A program made the translations under genes and the position numbers. From Pseudomonadales bacterium (GTDB taxonomy: Bacteria > Pseudomonadota > Gammaproteobacteria > Pseudomonadales > UBA5862), in assembly GCA_024234215.1 (NCBI GenBank), contig JACKOQ010000001.1:404293-468292 (forward strand): 64,000 nt of DNA, read 5' to 3'. Shown in pieces: positions 19,473 through 34,991 of the stretch; the stretch's first letter is position 1; each line of letters starts with the position of its first letter. The notes below the pieces were generated by a model that saw nothing but the letters and a program-made list of their open reading frames with translations, was not told where the DNA came from and did no database searches.

Positions 19473-21103
19473 GCCCGGGTTTCATCGCGAATCGGCTGTT
19501 GCTGATAGGCCTGCAGGAAGCTGTCGAAATCGAGCTGGTCGCTGGCTTCGATCTGCTGCTGCGCATGCCAGGAGGCCTCGGCCAGTTCGGCGAAATGGGC
19601 GTGCCGGTCCGGCGGCAGCGGCCGGCTGCGAAAGTGCCGTTCGTGCGCCAGGGAGTGCTGCATGGCGAACTGCGAGAAGCTGAGGCGCTGATCGCGCATC
19701 TCGGCCAGGATGCGTGCGGCCGGGGTCAGGTCTGCATCGTGCAGCCGGGCGGTGAGCCGGGTGAGGGTCTGGCGGTAGCTGTCGCCACCCCAGCTTTGGT
19801 CGAGCTGTTCCGCGGCGGGCGCCATCTGCTCCATCAGCGCATGGCCCCAGTCGGTCAGTCGCACCGGGCTGCCGGCGCGAAGCAGGGTCACTCCGGGACG
19901 GCGTCCCTCGTTGACGACGGTTTTCTGGTTGTGCTGGATGGCGTGGCACTCGTCACGGCTGATTGGCGGACTGTCGTCAAGGGCGGCGTTCAGCAGAAAG
20001 ATGTCGAGCAGGCGAATCTGCTCGGCATCGATGCCAAGCGGCAGGTAGGGGTTGAGATCGAGGCAGCGCACCTCGACATACTCCACGCCGCGCTGGTGCA
20101 GCGCATGGAGCGGTTTTTCACCCGAGTTCGCCACCCGTTTGGGGCGGATCGGGCTGTAGTACTCGTTTTCGATCTGCAGCAGGTTGGCGTTGATCTGCCG
20201 GTACTCGCCATCGACCTTGACGCCGATCTTCTGATAGGCGGGATAGGGGGTGGTCATGGCACCGTAGAGCGTGTCGATGTAGTTGTCGAGGTCGTTGTGG
20301 GTGATGGTCAGGCTCGACTGGGCATCGCTCTGGTAGCCGACGCTGCCCATGCGCAGCGAGGTGGCGTAAGGCAGGTAGAGCGAGCCGTCATCGAAGGATT
20401 CGAGCTGATGTGGCCGATTGGCGACCAGGCTGCGACACAGCGCCGGGGCCGCACCGAACAGATAGATCAGCAGCCAGAAGTGTCGGCGGAAGTTGCGGAT
20501 CAGTGCAAAGTAGCGGTCGGTCTTGTAGTCGTTCAGCGAACGCCGGTCGCCCTGCCGCGCCTGCAGGGCCTGCCACAGGCTGTCGGGCAGCGAGAAGTTG
20601 TAGTGGATGCCGGCAATGGTCTGCATCGCCCGGCCGTAGCGGTGGCCCAGGCCGATGCGGTAGAGGTGCTTCAGGCGGCCGATGTTCGAGTTGCCATACT
20701 CCGCCACCGGAATCTGCGTATCGTCGGCGAGCACGCAGGGCATGCTGGCACACCAGAGCAGCTCCTGATCGAGGGCGCCATAGACACAGCGGTGGATCTC
20801 GTCGAGCAGTGTCAGCGTCGCCTCGATGCCGGTCGAGGTGGGGGTGATCAGCTCGATCAGCGCTTCGGAGTAGTCGGTGGTGATCAGCGGATGGGTCAGC
20901 GCCGAGCCCAGCGCGGCCGGATGGCGGGTCGGCGCCAGCAATCCGCTGCGGTCGATGCGCAGGCTCTCCTTCTCGATGCCGCGAAGAATGCCGCGCAACA
21001 TCGGCGCCAGCTCATCGCTGTCGAACGTGGAGAGGTCGGTGTTGTCATTGGGCACGGTCAAACTCCAGCGCGAGTGTTGAGCCGGAGACTCTACCACGGC
21101 CAC
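19469..21103 (-). CDS. gshA: glutamate--cysteine ligase
   Basis: GIEKESLRIDRSG and GSALTHPLITTDYSEALIELITP match the proteobacterial GshA N-terminus. The exact start is uncertain. Confidence 0.93.
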   Translation of the reverse strand: MAVVESPAQHSRWSLTVPNDNTDLSTFDSDELAPMLRGILRGIEKESLRIDRSGLLAPTRHPAALGSALTHPLITTDYSEALIELITPTSTGIEATLTLLDEIHRCVYGALDQELLWCASMPCVLADDTQIPVAEYGNSNIGRLKHLYRIGLGHRYGRAMQTIAGIHYNFSLPDSLWQALQARQGDRRSLNDYKTDRYFALIRNFRRHFWLLIYLFGAAPALCRSLVANRPHQLESFDDGSLYLPYATSLRMGSVGYQSDAQSSLTITHNDLDNYIDTLYGAMTTPYPAYQKIGVKVDGEYRQINANLLQIENEYYSPIRPKRVANSGEKPLHALHQRGVEYVEVRCLDLNPYLPLGIDAEQIRLLDIFLLNAALDDSPPISRDECHAIQHNQKTVVNEGRRPGVTLLRAGSPVRLTDWGHALMEQMAPAAEQLDQSWGGDSYRQTLTRLTARLHDADLTPAARILAEMRDQRLSFSQFAMQHSLAHERHFRSRPLPPDRHAHFAELAEASWHAQQQIEASDQLDFDSFLQAYQQQPIRDETRA

Positions 21104-21157
21104 GGGTGATTCGACCTGCTGGAGAACTCCGCAGGGGAGTCCTCCAGGGCATGGCGG

Positions 21158-22720
21158 TTACAGAGCGGGGCCCGCCTGCAGGATGGCGTCGGAGACGGTG
21201 AACTTCTTGAAGTTGTCGGCGAACTGCTGGATCAGGTTGCGTGCCTGCGCGTCATAGGCGGCAGGGTCTTCCCAGGTGTTGCGCGGGTTCAGCAGCTTTG
21301 GATCGACGCCCGGCACACTGGTGGGAACGCGCAGATTGAGTCCCGGCAGCAGTTCGGTCTCGACATGGAGCAGCGCGCCGGACTGCACCGCCTTGATGAT
21401 GGCGCGGGTGGTGGGGATGCTGAAGCGCTGGCCGCCGCGGCCATGGGCGCCGCCGGTCCAGCCGGTGTTGACCAGATAGACCTGGCTGCCGAACTCCTCG
21501 ATCCGCTTCATCAGCAACTCGGCGTAGACGCTCGGTGGCCGCGGAAAGAACGGCGCGCCGAAGCAGGTGGAGAAGGTCGACTTGATGCCGCCGCCCGAGC
21601 CCATTTCTGTGGAGCCGACCAGCGCGGTGTAGCCACTCAGGAAGTGGTAGGCGGCGGCCTCTTTCGACAGCAGCGACACCGGCGGAATCACGCCGGTGAG
21701 GTCGCAGGTCAGAAAGATGATCACCTTCGGTTCGCCGGCGCGGTTCTCCTCGACCCGTCGCTCGACATGCTCGCGCGGATAGACCGCCCGGCTGTTCTGG
21801 GTCAGGGAGTCATCGGCATAGTCGGGTTCGCGGGTGAGCGGGTTGACCACCACATTTTCGATCACCGAGCCGAACTTGATCGCATCCCAGATCACCGGCT
21901 CGTTCTCGCGGCTCAGGTTGATGCATTTGGCATAGCAGCCGCCCTCGATGTTGAAGACGGTACCACGACCCCAGCCATGCTCGTCATCACCGATCAGGTA
22001 GCGTTCCGGATCGGCCGACAGGGTGGTCTTGCCGGTGCCGGAGAGGCCAAAGAAGAGCGTCACCGACTGATCATCGCCCATGTTGGCGGCGCAGTGCATC
22101 GGCAGCACGTCTTTTTCGGGCAGCAGAAAATTCTGCACCGCGAACATCGCCTTTTTCATCTCGCCGGCGTACTTCATGCCGGCCAGCAGGACCTTGCGCT
22201 GGGCGAAGTGGATGATGACGGTGCCATCGCTGTTGGTGCCGTCACGCTTGGGATCGCAGACGAAGTTGGCGGCATTGATAATCTGCCACTCACCCTTGCC
22301 CTTGGGGTTGTATTTTCCGGGCTGGATGAACAGGTTGCGGCCAAAGAGGTTGTGCCAGGCGGTTTCGGTGGTCACCCGCGTCGGGATGTAATGCTCCGGA
22401 TCGGCACCGACATGCAGGTGAGAGACGAACTGGTCCTTGTCGGCCAGGTAGCTCTCGACCCGTTCCCACAATGCATCGAAATCATCGGCATTGAATGGCC
22501 GGTTGATCGCCCCCCAGTGGATGGCATCGGCGGTGCTGGGCTCTTCGACGATGAAGCGGTCGACTGGCGAGCGACCGGTGCGTCGGCCGGTGGAGACGAC
22601 CAGTGCGCCATTGCTTGCAAGGATGCCCTCACCCCGTCGGACGGCCTCTTCGGCCAGTTGGGCGGGGCTGAGGTCGCGGTAAATCGCGGGTTCGATCTTG
22701 GCGGAGAGCGCAGTGGTCAT
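21158..22720 (-). CDS. pckA: phosphoenolpyruvate carboxykinase (ATP)
   Basis: 520 aa with the kinase-1a motif [11 protein letters not shown] and the IGDDEHGW motif. Confidence 0.97.
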   Translation of the reverse strand: MTTALSAKIEPAIYRDLSPAQLAEEAVRRGEGILASNGALVVSTGRRTGRSPVDRFIVEEPSTADAIHWGAINRPFNADDFDALWERVESYLADKDQFVSHLHVGADPEHYIPTRVTTETAWHNLFGRNLFIQPGKYNPKGKGEWQIINAANFVCDPKRDGTNSDGTVIIHFAQRKVLLAGMKYAGEMKKAMFAVQNFLLPEKDVLPMHCAANMGDDQSVTLFFGLSGTGKTTLSADPERYLIGDDEHGWGRGTVFNIEGGCYAKCINLSRENEPVIWDAIKFGSVIENVVVNPLTREPDYADDSLTQNSRAVYPREHVERRVEENRAGEPKVIIFLTCDLTGVIPPVSLLSKEAAAYHFLSGYTALVGSTEMGSGGGIKSTFSTCFGAPFFPRPPSVYAELLMKRIEEFGSQVYLVNTGWTGGAHGRGGQRFSIPTTRAIIKAVQSGALLHVETELLPGLNLRVPTSVPGVDPKLLNPRNTWEDPAAYDAQARNLIQQFADNFKKFTVSDAILQAGPAL

Positions 22721-22879
22721 GGGCTTACTCGATCCTGTATGCGGTGGGCGGTGAATGAACTGGCGCAGGTAAAGCGGCTGAGGGGCACGATGCGGGATGG
22801 TGTGATCGGTCGGGAAGGCGCCATGGCCGGCAATTATGGCAAAAGCGGCCCTGCTGTGCCATGTTTGCGGCCGCTGCCA

Positions 22880-23302
22880 TCATGGCTCAAAGTCTGAAGC
22901 ATCTTGCAGATTGTGCAACTGCCGCCGCTGCCGTTTGGTGGGGCGACCCGGCGGTGGGGCGGCCAGCAACCGATCGAGCTGGCGCATTTGGCCACGCGCT
23001 TCACGGGCAGCGAGGCTGGCGGAGGTCTCTTCATAGAGCTGTTGGGCAATGGGTGCGGCGCCGCGTCGTGCCGACAGCGCGCGCACCACCACCTCCTTCT
23101 CATCCCAACCCAGACGGATGCGCAGCAGGGCGCCGATCTGCACCTCCCGACCCGGTTTGACCCGCTGGCCGTTGTAGTGGACCTTGCCGCCACTGATTGC
23201 CTCCTGGGCCAGCGTCCGGCTTTTGAAGAAGCGTGCTGCCCACAGCCATTTGTCGAGCCGGACCGGTTCGGCGTCGGCAGGTTCGCTGACCTTTTTTACC
23301 AT
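22880..23302 (-). CDS. hslR: ribosome-associated heat shock protein Hsp15 (S4 domain)
   Basis: 140 aa with VRLDKWLWAARFFKSRTLAQEAISGGKVHYNGQRVKP. Confidence 0.92.
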   Translation of the reverse strand: MVKKVSEPADAEPVRLDKWLWAARFFKSRTLAQEAISGGKVHYNGQRVKPGREVQIGALLRIRLGWDEKEVVVRALSARRGAAPIAQQLYEETSASLAAREARGQMRQLDRLLAAPPPGRPTKRQRRQLHNLQDASDFEP

Positions 23303-23943
23303 AGGGCCGAGAACTGCTCGATCGCCGGAAAGGCAAGCCCGTCGCGAGGGGGCTGCTGACTGTCCGGCTGGGCGATGGTGATCAGGTGGCGAATGCCGAA
23401 CTGCTGCGCGCTGCGCAGCACCGACTCGTTGTCGTCGATCAGCAGGGTGCGGGCCGGATCGAACGGTGTCACCTGTTGCAGCGATTGCCAGAGGGTCGGC
23501 TGTTCCTTGGGCTGGCCGAAATCGTGGGCGCTGTAGAGCGCATCGAGGTGCTGATCGAGCCGGGTGTGGAGCAGCTTGAGGTCGAGGCTGTCGCGGTGGG
23601 CATTGGTGATCAGGATGCGCTGCTTGCGCTCGGTGGCCAGTCGCTGCAGAAAGGCCACGGTATCACCACGCAGTGCGATCAGGTGGGCCACCTCGCGCTT
23701 GAGTCCGACGATGTCGAGCTCCAGCGTGCGCGACCAGAAGTCGAGACAGTACCAGTTGAGCGTTCCCTGCTGGTTGGCCACCGCCTGCCGCAGCCGTGGC
23801 GCCGCCTCGGTCAGCGCCATGCCATGCCGTTCGGCATAGCGGCGCGGCAGATGTTCGACCCAGAAGTGGTTGTCGAAGTGCAGGTCGAGCAGGGTGCCAT
23901 CCATGTCGAGCAGTACGGTGTCGATCTCTTTCCAGTCGAGCAT
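23296..23943 (-). CDS. yrfG: HAD-family GMP/IMP nucleotidase YrfG-like
   Basis: 215 aa with HAD motif I (LLDMDGTLLD) followed by LHFDNHFW. Its adjacency to hslR matches enterobacteria. Confidence 0.85.
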   Translation of the reverse strand: MLDWKEIDTVLLDMDGTLLDLHFDNHFWVEHLPRRYAERHGMALTEAAPRLRQAVANQQGTLNWYCLDFWSRTLELDIVGLKREVAHLIALRGDTVAFLQRLATERKQRILITNAHRDSLDLKLLHTRLDQHLDALYSAHDFGQPKEQPTLWQSLQQVTPFDPARTLLIDDNESVLRSAQQFGIRHLITIAQPDSQQPPRDGLAFPAIEQFSALW

Positions 23944-24032
23944 TCGGTCAATCCGGCGGTTGGCAAGGGCGGTTTTGCTGTTAGGCTTGTGCGGGCAAGC
24001 CTTTTGAACCTCCGCATTCTACAGGAACCACC

Positions 24033-24857
24033 ATGGATCAACGCGCCCTGCTCGAAGCTGTCATTGACATCGCCTGCCATGCCGGCGACGCGATACTCGA
24101 AATCTATCAACGCGATGACCACGGCGTGACCGACAAGGCCGACACCTCGCCGCTGACGGCTGCTGACCTGGCGGCGCACCACCTGATCGTGGCCGAGCTG
24201 GCGCGGTTGACGCCGGAGATTCCACTGCTTTCCGAGGAGTCGGGGGGTATCACGACAGCAGAGCGCCGAAGCTGGCAGCGTTACTGGCTGATCGACCCGC
24301 TCGATGGCACCAAGGAGTTCATCAACCGCAATGGCGAATTCACTGTCAATATCGCGTTGATCGAGGCGGGTTGTCCGGTGCTCGGTGTGGTCCATGTGCC
24401 GGTGCAGCAACGTACCTATGCCGGCGCGCAGGGGCTGGGTGCGCAGAGCCGGCAGTCGGGCCAGCCGGCGCGGACGATTCAGGTCCGGCCGCTGGCGCCA
24501 CGGCTGGCGGCACAGCAGCCGGTGGTGGTGGTCGGCAGTCGCCGGCATGGCACCGAGCAACTGGAGGCCTGCATCGAGCGCATTCGCGCAAAACTGGGGC
24601 CAGTGGAGCTGACCAACATGGGCAGCTCGCTGAAGATCTGTCTGGTGGCGGCCGGTGAGGCCGACCTCTACCCCCGTCTCGGTCCCACCTGTGAGTGGGA
24701 CACCGCTGCGGCCCAGGCGGTGCTCGAAGCCGCCGGCGGCATGCTGACCGACCCGCAGTTGCAGCCATTGCGCTACAACCAGAAAGAGGAGCTGCTCAAT
24801 CCCTTCTTCTACGCCATGGGCGACCGCGGCATCGACTGGCGGTCGGTGCTGCTCTGA
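24033..24857 (+). CDS. cysQ: 3'(2'),5'-bisphosphate nucleotidase
   Basis: 274 aa with LLSEES and WLIDPLDGTKEF inositol-monophosphatase family motifs. Confidence 0.92.
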   Translation: MDQRALLEAVIDIACHAGDAILEIYQRDDHGVTDKADTSPLTAADLAAHHLIVAELARLTPEIPLLSEESGGITTAERRSWQRYWLIDPLDGTKEFINRNGEFTVNIALIEAGCPVLGVVHVPVQQRTYAGAQGLGAQSRQSGQPARTIQVRPLAPRLAAQQPVVVVGSRRHGTEQLEACIERIRAKLGPVELTNMGSSLKICLVAAGEADLYPRLGPTCEWDTAAAQAVLEAAGGMLTDPQLQPLRYNQKEELLNPFFYAMGDRGIDWRSVLL

Positions 24858-24871
24858 GCCTGGTCGCCCTC

Positions 24872-24905
24872 CTGCCGGGGCCATCAGGGGGGATGGCCTC
24901 GGCAG
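24872..24905. terminator. GC-rich hairpin between convergent cysQ and fba (possible bidirectional terminator)
   Basis: CTGCCGGGGCCATC / GATGGCCTCGGCAG pairs at 13 of 14 positions around a 6-nt loop. No U-tract is present on either strand. Confidence 0.4.
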
Positions 24906-24915
24906 GGTGGAAGGC

Positions 24916-25980
24916 TCACTGGATGCGCGGCTTCAGCTCGCCCCGCTGATAGCGCTGGTAGAACAGCTCGAGCGAGACCGGTTTGATCTTCGAGGCCTGC
25001 CCGGCGGTGCCGAAGGCTTCATAGCGCGCCTTGACGATCGACTTCATCGCCTTGACGGTCTCGCTGAGGTATTTGCGCGGATCGAACTCGGACGGGTGCT
25101 GCGCCAAGTAGCGGCGAATGGCGCCGGTCGAGGCGAGCCGCAGGTCGGTATCGATGTTGATCTTGCGCACGCCATGCTTGATGCCGGCCTGGATCTCTTC
25201 GACCGGCACGCCGTAGGTCTCCGGAATCTCGCCGCCATACTCGTTGATGATCGCCAGCCACTCCTGCGGCACCGAGGAGGAGCCATGCATCACCAGATGG
25301 GTGTCGGGAATGCGGGCGTTGATCGCCTTGATGCGATCGATGGCGAGAATGTCACCGGTCGGTGGGCGGCTGAACTTGTAGGCGCCATGGCTGGTGCCGA
25401 TGGCAATGGCCAGCGCGTCGACCTCGGTCTCCTTGACGAAGCGGGCAGCCTCATCGGGGTCGGTCAGCAGTTGGTCATGGCTCAATACGCCATCGGCGCC
25501 GATGCCGTCCTCCTTTCCGGCGGTGCCGGTCTCCAGTGAACCGAGACAGCCCAGTTCGCCCTCGACCGAAACGCCGCAGGCGTGGGCCATCTCCACCACC
25601 CGGCGGGTGACGGCCACATTGTAGTCATAGTCGGTGGGGGTCTTGCCGTCCTCGCCCAGTGAGCCATCCATCATCACCGATGAGAAGCCGAGCTGGATCG
25701 AGCGCTGGCAGACGGCCGGACTGGTGCCGTGGTCCTGATGCATCACCACCGGGATGTGCGGAAACTCCTCGACCGCCGCCAGGATTAGGTGGCGCAGGAA
25801 GTTGGCACCGGCATATTTGCGGGCGCCGGCCGATGCCTGCACGATGACCGGGCTGTCGGTCTCACTGGCGGCTTCGAGAATCGCCCGCATCTGCTCCAGG
25901 TTGTTGACGTTGAAGGCGGGTACGCCGTAACCATGCTCGGCGGCGTGGTCCAGCAGTTGACGCATGCTGACTAGGGCCAT
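24916..25980 (-). CDS. fba: class II fructose-bisphosphate aldolase (354-aa Calvin-cycle/Pseudomonas subtype)
   Basis: Starts [30 protein letters not shown] and carries the HQDHG motif. Confidence 0.96.
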   Translation of the reverse strand: MALVSMRQLLDHAAEHGYGVPAFNVNNLEQMRAILEAASETDSPVIVQASAGARKYAGANFLRHLILAAVEEFPHIPVVMHQDHGTSPAVCQRSIQLGFSSVMMDGSLGEDGKTPTDYDYNVAVTRRVVEMAHACGVSVEGELGCLGSLETGTAGKEDGIGADGVLSHDQLLTDPDEAARFVKETEVDALAIAIGTSHGAYKFSRPPTGDILAIDRIKAINARIPDTHLVMHGSSSVPQEWLAIINEYGGEIPETYGVPVEEIQAGIKHGVRKINIDTDLRLASTGAIRRYLAQHPSEFDPRKYLSETVKAMKSIVKARYEAFGTAGQASKIKPVSLELFYQRYQRGELKPRIQ

Positions 25981-26021
25981 GATCGTTCACCTTTGATTGA
26001 GATTGGTGGATAAGTGATTCT

Positions 26022-27185
26022 TCAGCGGCTGGCGCGCAGTTCGAGCGCCGCAACGGCCGGCAGGGTCTTGCCCTCGACATATTCAAGAAAGGCGCCGCCG
26101 CCGGTGGAGATGTAGGAGAGCCGCTCGCCGATGCCATATTTGTCGATCGCGGCCAGCGTATCGCCCCCGCCGGCCAGTGAAAAGGCCGTGCTGGCAGCAA
26201 TGGCTTCGGCCACTGTCCGGGTGCCATGGCCGAACTGCTCATGTTCAAAGACGCCGACCGGGCCATTCCAGAGCACCGTGCCCATCTGCTGAATGATCTC
26301 GGCATAGCTGGCGGCAGTGACCGGGCCGATGTCGAGGATCATCTCATTTTCTGCGACGGCATCGACCGGCTTGATGGTGGCGCGGGCTTCGGCGCTCAAC
26401 TCGGTGGCCACCACCACGTCGCTCGGCAGTGGAATCTGCCCATTGGCCATCAGCCGCCGCGCTTCGTCGAGCAGATCGGCCTCGAACAGCGAGCGGCCCA
26501 CCGGGTAGCCGGCGGCGGCCAGAAAAGTGTTGGCGATGCCGCCGCCGACGATCAGCCGGTCGACCTTTTGCGACAGTGAATCGAGCACCGTCAGCTTGGT
26601 CGACACCTTGGAGCCACCGACGATCGCCAGCAGCGGCCGCTGCGGATTCTTGAGCGCCAGCGCCAGTGCATCCAGCTCGGCGGCCAGCAATGGACCGGCA
26701 CAGGCGACCGGGGCATGCTGCACCACGCCATGGGTCGAGGCTTCGGCGCGGTGGGCGGTGCCGAAGGCATCCATCACGAAGATGTCGCACAGTGCCGCCA
26801 TCTTCTGTGCCAGGGCGGGATCATCCTTCTTCTCACCCTTGTTGAAACGGACGTTCTCGCACAGCACCAGGCTGCCCGCAGCCACCTCGACACCGTCGAG
26901 CCAGTCACGCACCAGCGGCACCTCGCGCCCGAGCAGCTCACCGAGCCGGGCGGCGACCGGTGCCAGCGACAGTTCCGGGTCGAACTTGCCCTCTTCGGGG
27001 CGGCCCAGATGCGACAGCACCATCACCCGGGCGCCGGCATCGAGCGCCGCACGCAGTGTCGGCAGGCTGGCCAGCAGGCGGGCGTCACTGCCGATGCGCC
27101 CCTGCTTGATCGGCACATTGAGGTCTTCGCGAATCAGTACCCGCTTGCCGCTGAGGTCAAGGTCGAGCATCCGTTTGAATGTCAT
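26022..27185 (-). CDS. pgk: phosphoglycerate kinase
   Basis: 387 aa with [22 protein letters not shown] and STGGGAFLE motifs. Confidence 0.97.
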   Translation of the reverse strand: MTFKRMLDLDLSGKRVLIREDLNVPIKQGRIGSDARLLASLPTLRAALDAGARVMVLSHLGRPEEGKFDPELSLAPVAARLGELLGREVPLVRDWLDGVEVAAGSLVLCENVRFNKGEKKDDPALAQKMAALCDIFVMDAFGTAHRAEASTHGVVQHAPVACAGPLLAAELDALALALKNPQRPLLAIVGGSKVSTKLTVLDSLSQKVDRLIVGGGIANTFLAAAGYPVGRSLFEADLLDEARRLMANGQIPLPSDVVVATELSAEARATIKPVDAVAENEMILDIGPVTAASYAEIIQQMGTVLWNGPVGVFEHEQFGHGTRTVAEAIAASTAFSLAGGGDTLAAIDKYGIGERLSYISTGGGAFLEYVEGKTLPAVAALELRASR

Positions 27186-27222
27186 GCCAAAGCTCCTTGG
27201 AATGGATCAGGTCTGGTCTGGA

Positions 27223-29226
27223 TTAGCTGCTCGACTGACCAGTCAACTCCAGCACGGTCGCCACGACGCGTTCGACAGTGATGCCGAAGTGCTGGAACAG
27301 CTGTTCGGCCGGCGCCGACTTGCCGAAATCGTTGATGCCGATCACCCGACCCTCGAGCCCGACAAAACGATACCAGCAGTCAGGATGGGCTGCCTCCACC
27401 GCGATGCGCGGCACGCCTGCCGGCAGCACCTGGTCACGGTAGTCGCTGCTCTGGGCCAGAAAACGGTCGGTCGAAGGCATCGACACCACCCGCACCGGCA
27501 GGGCGCGCTCGTCGAGCTGTTGCGCCGCACGCATCGCCAGCGCCACCTCAGAACCGGTGGCGATCACCACGGCCCGCGGCGGTTGTGCCGGCTCATGGAG
27601 GATGTAGCCGCCGCGACCAATCGCGGCAAGCTGTGCGGCATCGCGCGGCTGGTGCGGCAGATTCTGCCGGCTCAGTGCCAGCGCCGTCGGGCCGTCGCGG
27701 CGCAGCAGTGCCTCGCGCCAGGCCACTGCGCTCTCGACCGCGTCACAGGGGCGCCAGGTCGAGAGGTTGGGCGTGCTGCGCAGACCGGACAACTGCTCGA
27801 TCGGTTGGTGGGTCGGGCCATCCTCACCCAGGCCGATCGAATCATGGGTAAAGACCCACACCAGCCGCTGCCGCATCAGTGCCGCCATGCGCACCGCGTT
27901 GCGGGCATAGTCGAGAAACACCAGGAAGGTGCCGCCGTAAGGGATGAATCCACCATGCAGCGCGATGCCGTTCATCATCGCGCCCATCGCAAATTCGCGG
28001 ACACCATAGTGCAGGTAGTTGCCGCCGTTGTCGGCGCCGATCGATTGACTGCCGGACCAGTTGGTGAGGTTGGAGCCAGTCAGGTCGGCCGAACCGCCCA
28101 GCAGTTCGGGAAGCTGCGGCGAGTAGGTCTCGAGCGCCATCTGCGACGCCTTGCGGCTGGCGACGGTCACCCCTTGCTGTTGTAGCGATTCGATGTGGTG
28201 GTTGGCCTGGGCAAGAAAGTCGCTGGGCAGTGCACCACTCTGTCGCCGCTCGAATTCGGCGGCCAGTTCCGGGTGGGCGTCGCGGTAGGCCGCGAACAGC
28301 GCCTGCCACTGCCGAGCGAGCGCCGCGCCGCTGGCGCGGGCATCCCAGGCCACGCGAATCTCCTCCGGAATCACGAATGGCGGATGGGGCCAGTTCAGTT
28401 GCTGGCGCGCTGCCGCCACCTCCGTCGCGCCCAGCGGTGCGCCATGCACCGACTCGGTTCCGGCCTTGGTGGGTGCGCCGAAGCCGATGGTGGTTTTGCA
28501 GATGATCAGTGCCGGGCGGGTGGCTTCGGCCTTGGCAGCCTGGATCGCCGCTTCGATGGCGTTGGCGTCGTGGCCATCGATCGGGCCCAGCACCTGCCAG
28601 CCATAGGCGCGAAAACGGGCTGCGGTGTCGTCGGTGAACCAGCCCTCGACCTCGCCATCGATGGAGATGCCATTGTCATCATAAAAAAGGGTCAGCTTGC
28701 CCAGCCCGAGGGTGCCGGCCAGTGAGCAGGCCTCGTGCGAGATGCCCTCCATCAGACAGCCGTCACCGACGAACACCCAGGTGCGGTGGTCGACGATGTC
28801 GAAGCCGGGACGGTTGAACTGCTCTGCCAGCAACCGCTCGGCGAGCGCCATGCCGACTGCATTCGCCAGACCCTGTCCCAGCGGACCGGTGGTGGTCTCA
28901 ACGCCGGGACAGTGGAGATATTCCGGGTGGCCGGCAGTCTTGGAGTCGAGCTGACGAAACCGGCGCAGATCATCCAGCGTCACGTCATAGCCACTCAGAT
29001 GCAGCAGAGAGTAGAGCAGCATCGATGCGTGGCCATTCGAAAGCACGAAGCGGTCACGATCCGCCCACTGCGGTTGGCGCGGATCGTGACGCAGATGGTT
29101 GCGCCACAGCACGGTGGCCATGTCAGCCATGCCCATGGGCGCGCCGGGGTGGCCCGATTTGGCCTGCTCCACCGCATCCATGCTGAGGAAGCGGATGGCA
29201 TTGGCGAGGGCATCTGACCGAGACAT
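27223..29226 (-). CDS. tkt: transketolase
   Basis: 667 aa with [12 protein letters not shown] and [13 protein letters not shown] (the ThDP motif). Confidence 0.97.
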   Translation of the reverse strand: MSRSDALANAIRFLSMDAVEQAKSGHPGAPMGMADMATVLWRNHLRHDPRQPQWADRDRFVLSNGHASMLLYSLLHLSGYDVTLDDLRRFRQLDSKTAGHPEYLHCPGVETTTGPLGQGLANAVGMALAERLLAEQFNRPGFDIVDHRTWVFVGDGCLMEGISHEACSLAGTLGLGKLTLFYDDNGISIDGEVEGWFTDDTAARFRAYGWQVLGPIDGHDANAIEAAIQAAKAEATRPALIICKTTIGFGAPTKAGTESVHGAPLGATEVAAARQQLNWPHPPFVIPEEIRVAWDARASGAALARQWQALFAAYRDAHPELAAEFERRQSGALPSDFLAQANHHIESLQQQGVTVASRKASQMALETYSPQLPELLGGSADLTGSNLTNWSGSQSIGADNGGNYLHYGVREFAMGAMMNGIALHGGFIPYGGTFLVFLDYARNAVRMAALMRQRLVWVFTHDSIGLGEDGPTHQPIEQLSGLRSTPNLSTWRPCDAVESAVAWREALLRRDGPTALALSRQNLPHQPRDAAQLAAIGRGGYILHEPAQPPRAVVIATGSEVALAMRAAQQLDERALPVRVVSMPSTDRFLAQSSDYRDQVLPAGVPRIAVEAAHPDCWYRFVGLEGRVIGINDFGKSAPAEQLFQHFGITVERVVATVLELTGQSSS

Positions 29227-29435
29227 AAGACAACTCCGCTAGTGGCAACCATCGCCGCTGCGGGAGCAGCGGCTGTCGAAAATGGATACGCCGTGAAAAC
29301 AGGGTCGCCATTTTCACCCATGCCATGCGGGGCAGCAATGAAGCTGGTAGCTGCAGGCAGATAGAAGGAGGGGAGGTGACCGCCTGTTCGAGCAGAGCGC
29401 AAGACAGGCCGGATGCCCTATGTGACGGTTGCGTG

Positions 29436-29485
29436 AAAAATTAATCCGCGAAACCTCTTGCCACGACTGGATTGGTCCGTATAAT
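29436..29485 (+). promoter_or_regulatory. rRNA operon P1-like promoter with an A/T-rich UP element
   Basis: TTGCCA (29458-29463), a 16-nt spacer, TATAAT (29480-29485), then the GC-rich discriminator GCGCTGC. GAAAAATTAAT lies upstream. The layout resembles E. coli rrnB P1. Confidence 0.65.
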
Positions 29486-29517
29486 GCGCTGCTCTGACGG
29501 TTGCTGAGGGCGGCCGT

Positions 29518-29530
29518 GATCTTTAAGAGA
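29518..29530 (+). promoter_or_regulatory. boxA-like antitermination element in the rRNA leader
   Basis: TGATCTTTAAGAG compared with the consensus TGCTCTTTAACAA gives 10 of 13 matches. Confidence 0.4.
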
Positions 29531-29533
29531 TTG

Positions 29534-29548
29534 GATCAAGCAATACGT
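29534..29548 (+). other. 5' arm of the 16S processing (RNase III) stem
   Basis: GATCAAGCAATACGT is the perfect reverse complement of 31256-31270. Confidence 0.7.
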
Positions 29549-29681
29549 GTGGGCGCTTTTACGGGTGTCGAGGACACCTGATAAGAGCGTACTCGTTGAA
29601 CATTTGAGTTTGATGAAAGTATGTTCTGAGCAGACAGTGGTGCTTCGCTGAAGTTTGGCGGAGTGCTGCGAAGAGATGAAA

Positions 29682-31223
<1,542 letters not shown>

Positions 31224-31255
31224 AACGAATCCTTGAGCCTGTATCAGCGCTCACA

Positions 31256-31270
31256 ACGTATTGCTTGATC
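31256..31270 (+). other. 3' arm of the 16S processing (RNase III) stem
   Basis: ACGTATTGCTTGATC is complementary to 29534-29548. Confidence 0.7.
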
Positions 31271-31312
31271 GAAGATTTCGGTTCTTTCTGATGGAAGATC
31301 GCGGGTCAATCT

Positions 31313-31389
<77 letters not shown>

Positions 31390-31430
31390 GATGGCGCAGG
31401 GGTGCGGCGTGCGTGCGCATCGGGTCGACC

Positions 31431-31506
31431 GGGGCCGTAGCTCAGCTGGGAGAGCGCCTGCCTTGCACGCAGGAGGTCAGGAGTTCGATCCTCCTCGGCT
31501 CCACCA
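31431..31506 (+). tRNA. tRNA-Ala (anticodon UGC)
   Basis: GGGGCCGTAGCTCAGCTGGGAGAGCGCCTGCCTTGCACGCAGGAGGTCAGGAGTTCGATCCTCCTCGGCTCCACCA, including the G3:U70 pair. Confidence 0.96.
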
Positions 31507-31602
31507 CCTGATGAGAGCGCCTGGGAAGAAGACTGAAATCACAGATAGAGAAGAGAGAACGGCGGATTTCCTGAGTCCATCGTTCTCTGTCCTCTGGCAG
31601 AA

Positions 31603-31615
31603 CGCTCTTTAACAA
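31603..31615 (+). promoter_or_regulatory. boxA antitermination element in the spacer upstream of 23S
   Basis: CGCTCTTTAACAA matches 12 of 13 positions of the consensus TGCTCTTTAACAA. Confidence 0.7.
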
Positions 31616-31739
31616 TCTGGCTATGACGAATCACGCGAATCGGGCTTGCGCGAGCAGGTTTGATTGGCGTTGAGTGTGACTCAAGCGATAGGATTCTGAA
31701 TGTATGTGTGTCACTGACCGAGACCTCTTGGGGTTATAT

Positions 31740-34634
<2,895 letters not shown>

Positions 34635-34751
34635 ATAACACCCAAGAAGTCTGGGTGACACACCGAAGAAAGAATCCGATCGAGTCACACCGTCATGGCC
34701 GGCCCACCCCAGGGTGGGAGAATCTGGCTTGCACCAAGCAAGCCGTCAGTT

Positions 34752-34870
34752 TGCCTGACGACCATAGAGCATTGGTACCACCTGATCCCATTCCGAACTC
34801 AGAAGTGAAACGATGCATCGCCGATGGTAGTGTGGGGTCTCCCCATGTGAGAGTAGGTCATCGTCAGGCT
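34752..34870 (+). rRNA. rrf: 5S ribosomal RNA
   Basis: TGCCTGACGACCATAGAGC...CCGAACTCAGAAGTGAAAC...GGTAGTGTGGGGTCTCCCCATGTGAGAGTAGG...CGTCAGGC. Confidence 0.95.
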
Positions 34871-34881
34871 CCCAAAAAACA

Positions 34882-34912
34882 AAAGCCCCGCTTCAACAAC
34901 GGGGCTTTTGTG
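34882..34912 (+). terminator. rho-independent terminator after 5S rRNA
   Basis: Stem AAAGCCCCG / CGGGGCTTT around a 9-nt loop, followed by TTGTG. Confidence 0.75.
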
Positions 34913-34935
34913 CTTGATGAAACACTGCACCGCAG

Positions 34936-34964
34936 TTGCCGGCCAGAGGGCCTTGCACTAGAAT
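34936..34964 (+). promoter_or_regulatory. candidate sigma-70 promoter for tRNA-Thr
   Basis: TTGCCG, a 17-nt spacer, then TAGAAT, ending 27 nt before the tRNA 5' end. This is a sequence match only. Confidence 0.45.
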
Positions 34965-34991
34965 TCTCCGGCTCGGCGCAGTGCCGAAGCT

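Noticed and set aside
22831-22880. A TGGCAC...TTGC sigma-54-like element on the minus strand upstream of pckA.
   Set aside because: The GG and GC elements are about 20 nt apart, not the required 10 nt, so the spacing is incompatible with an RpoN promoter.
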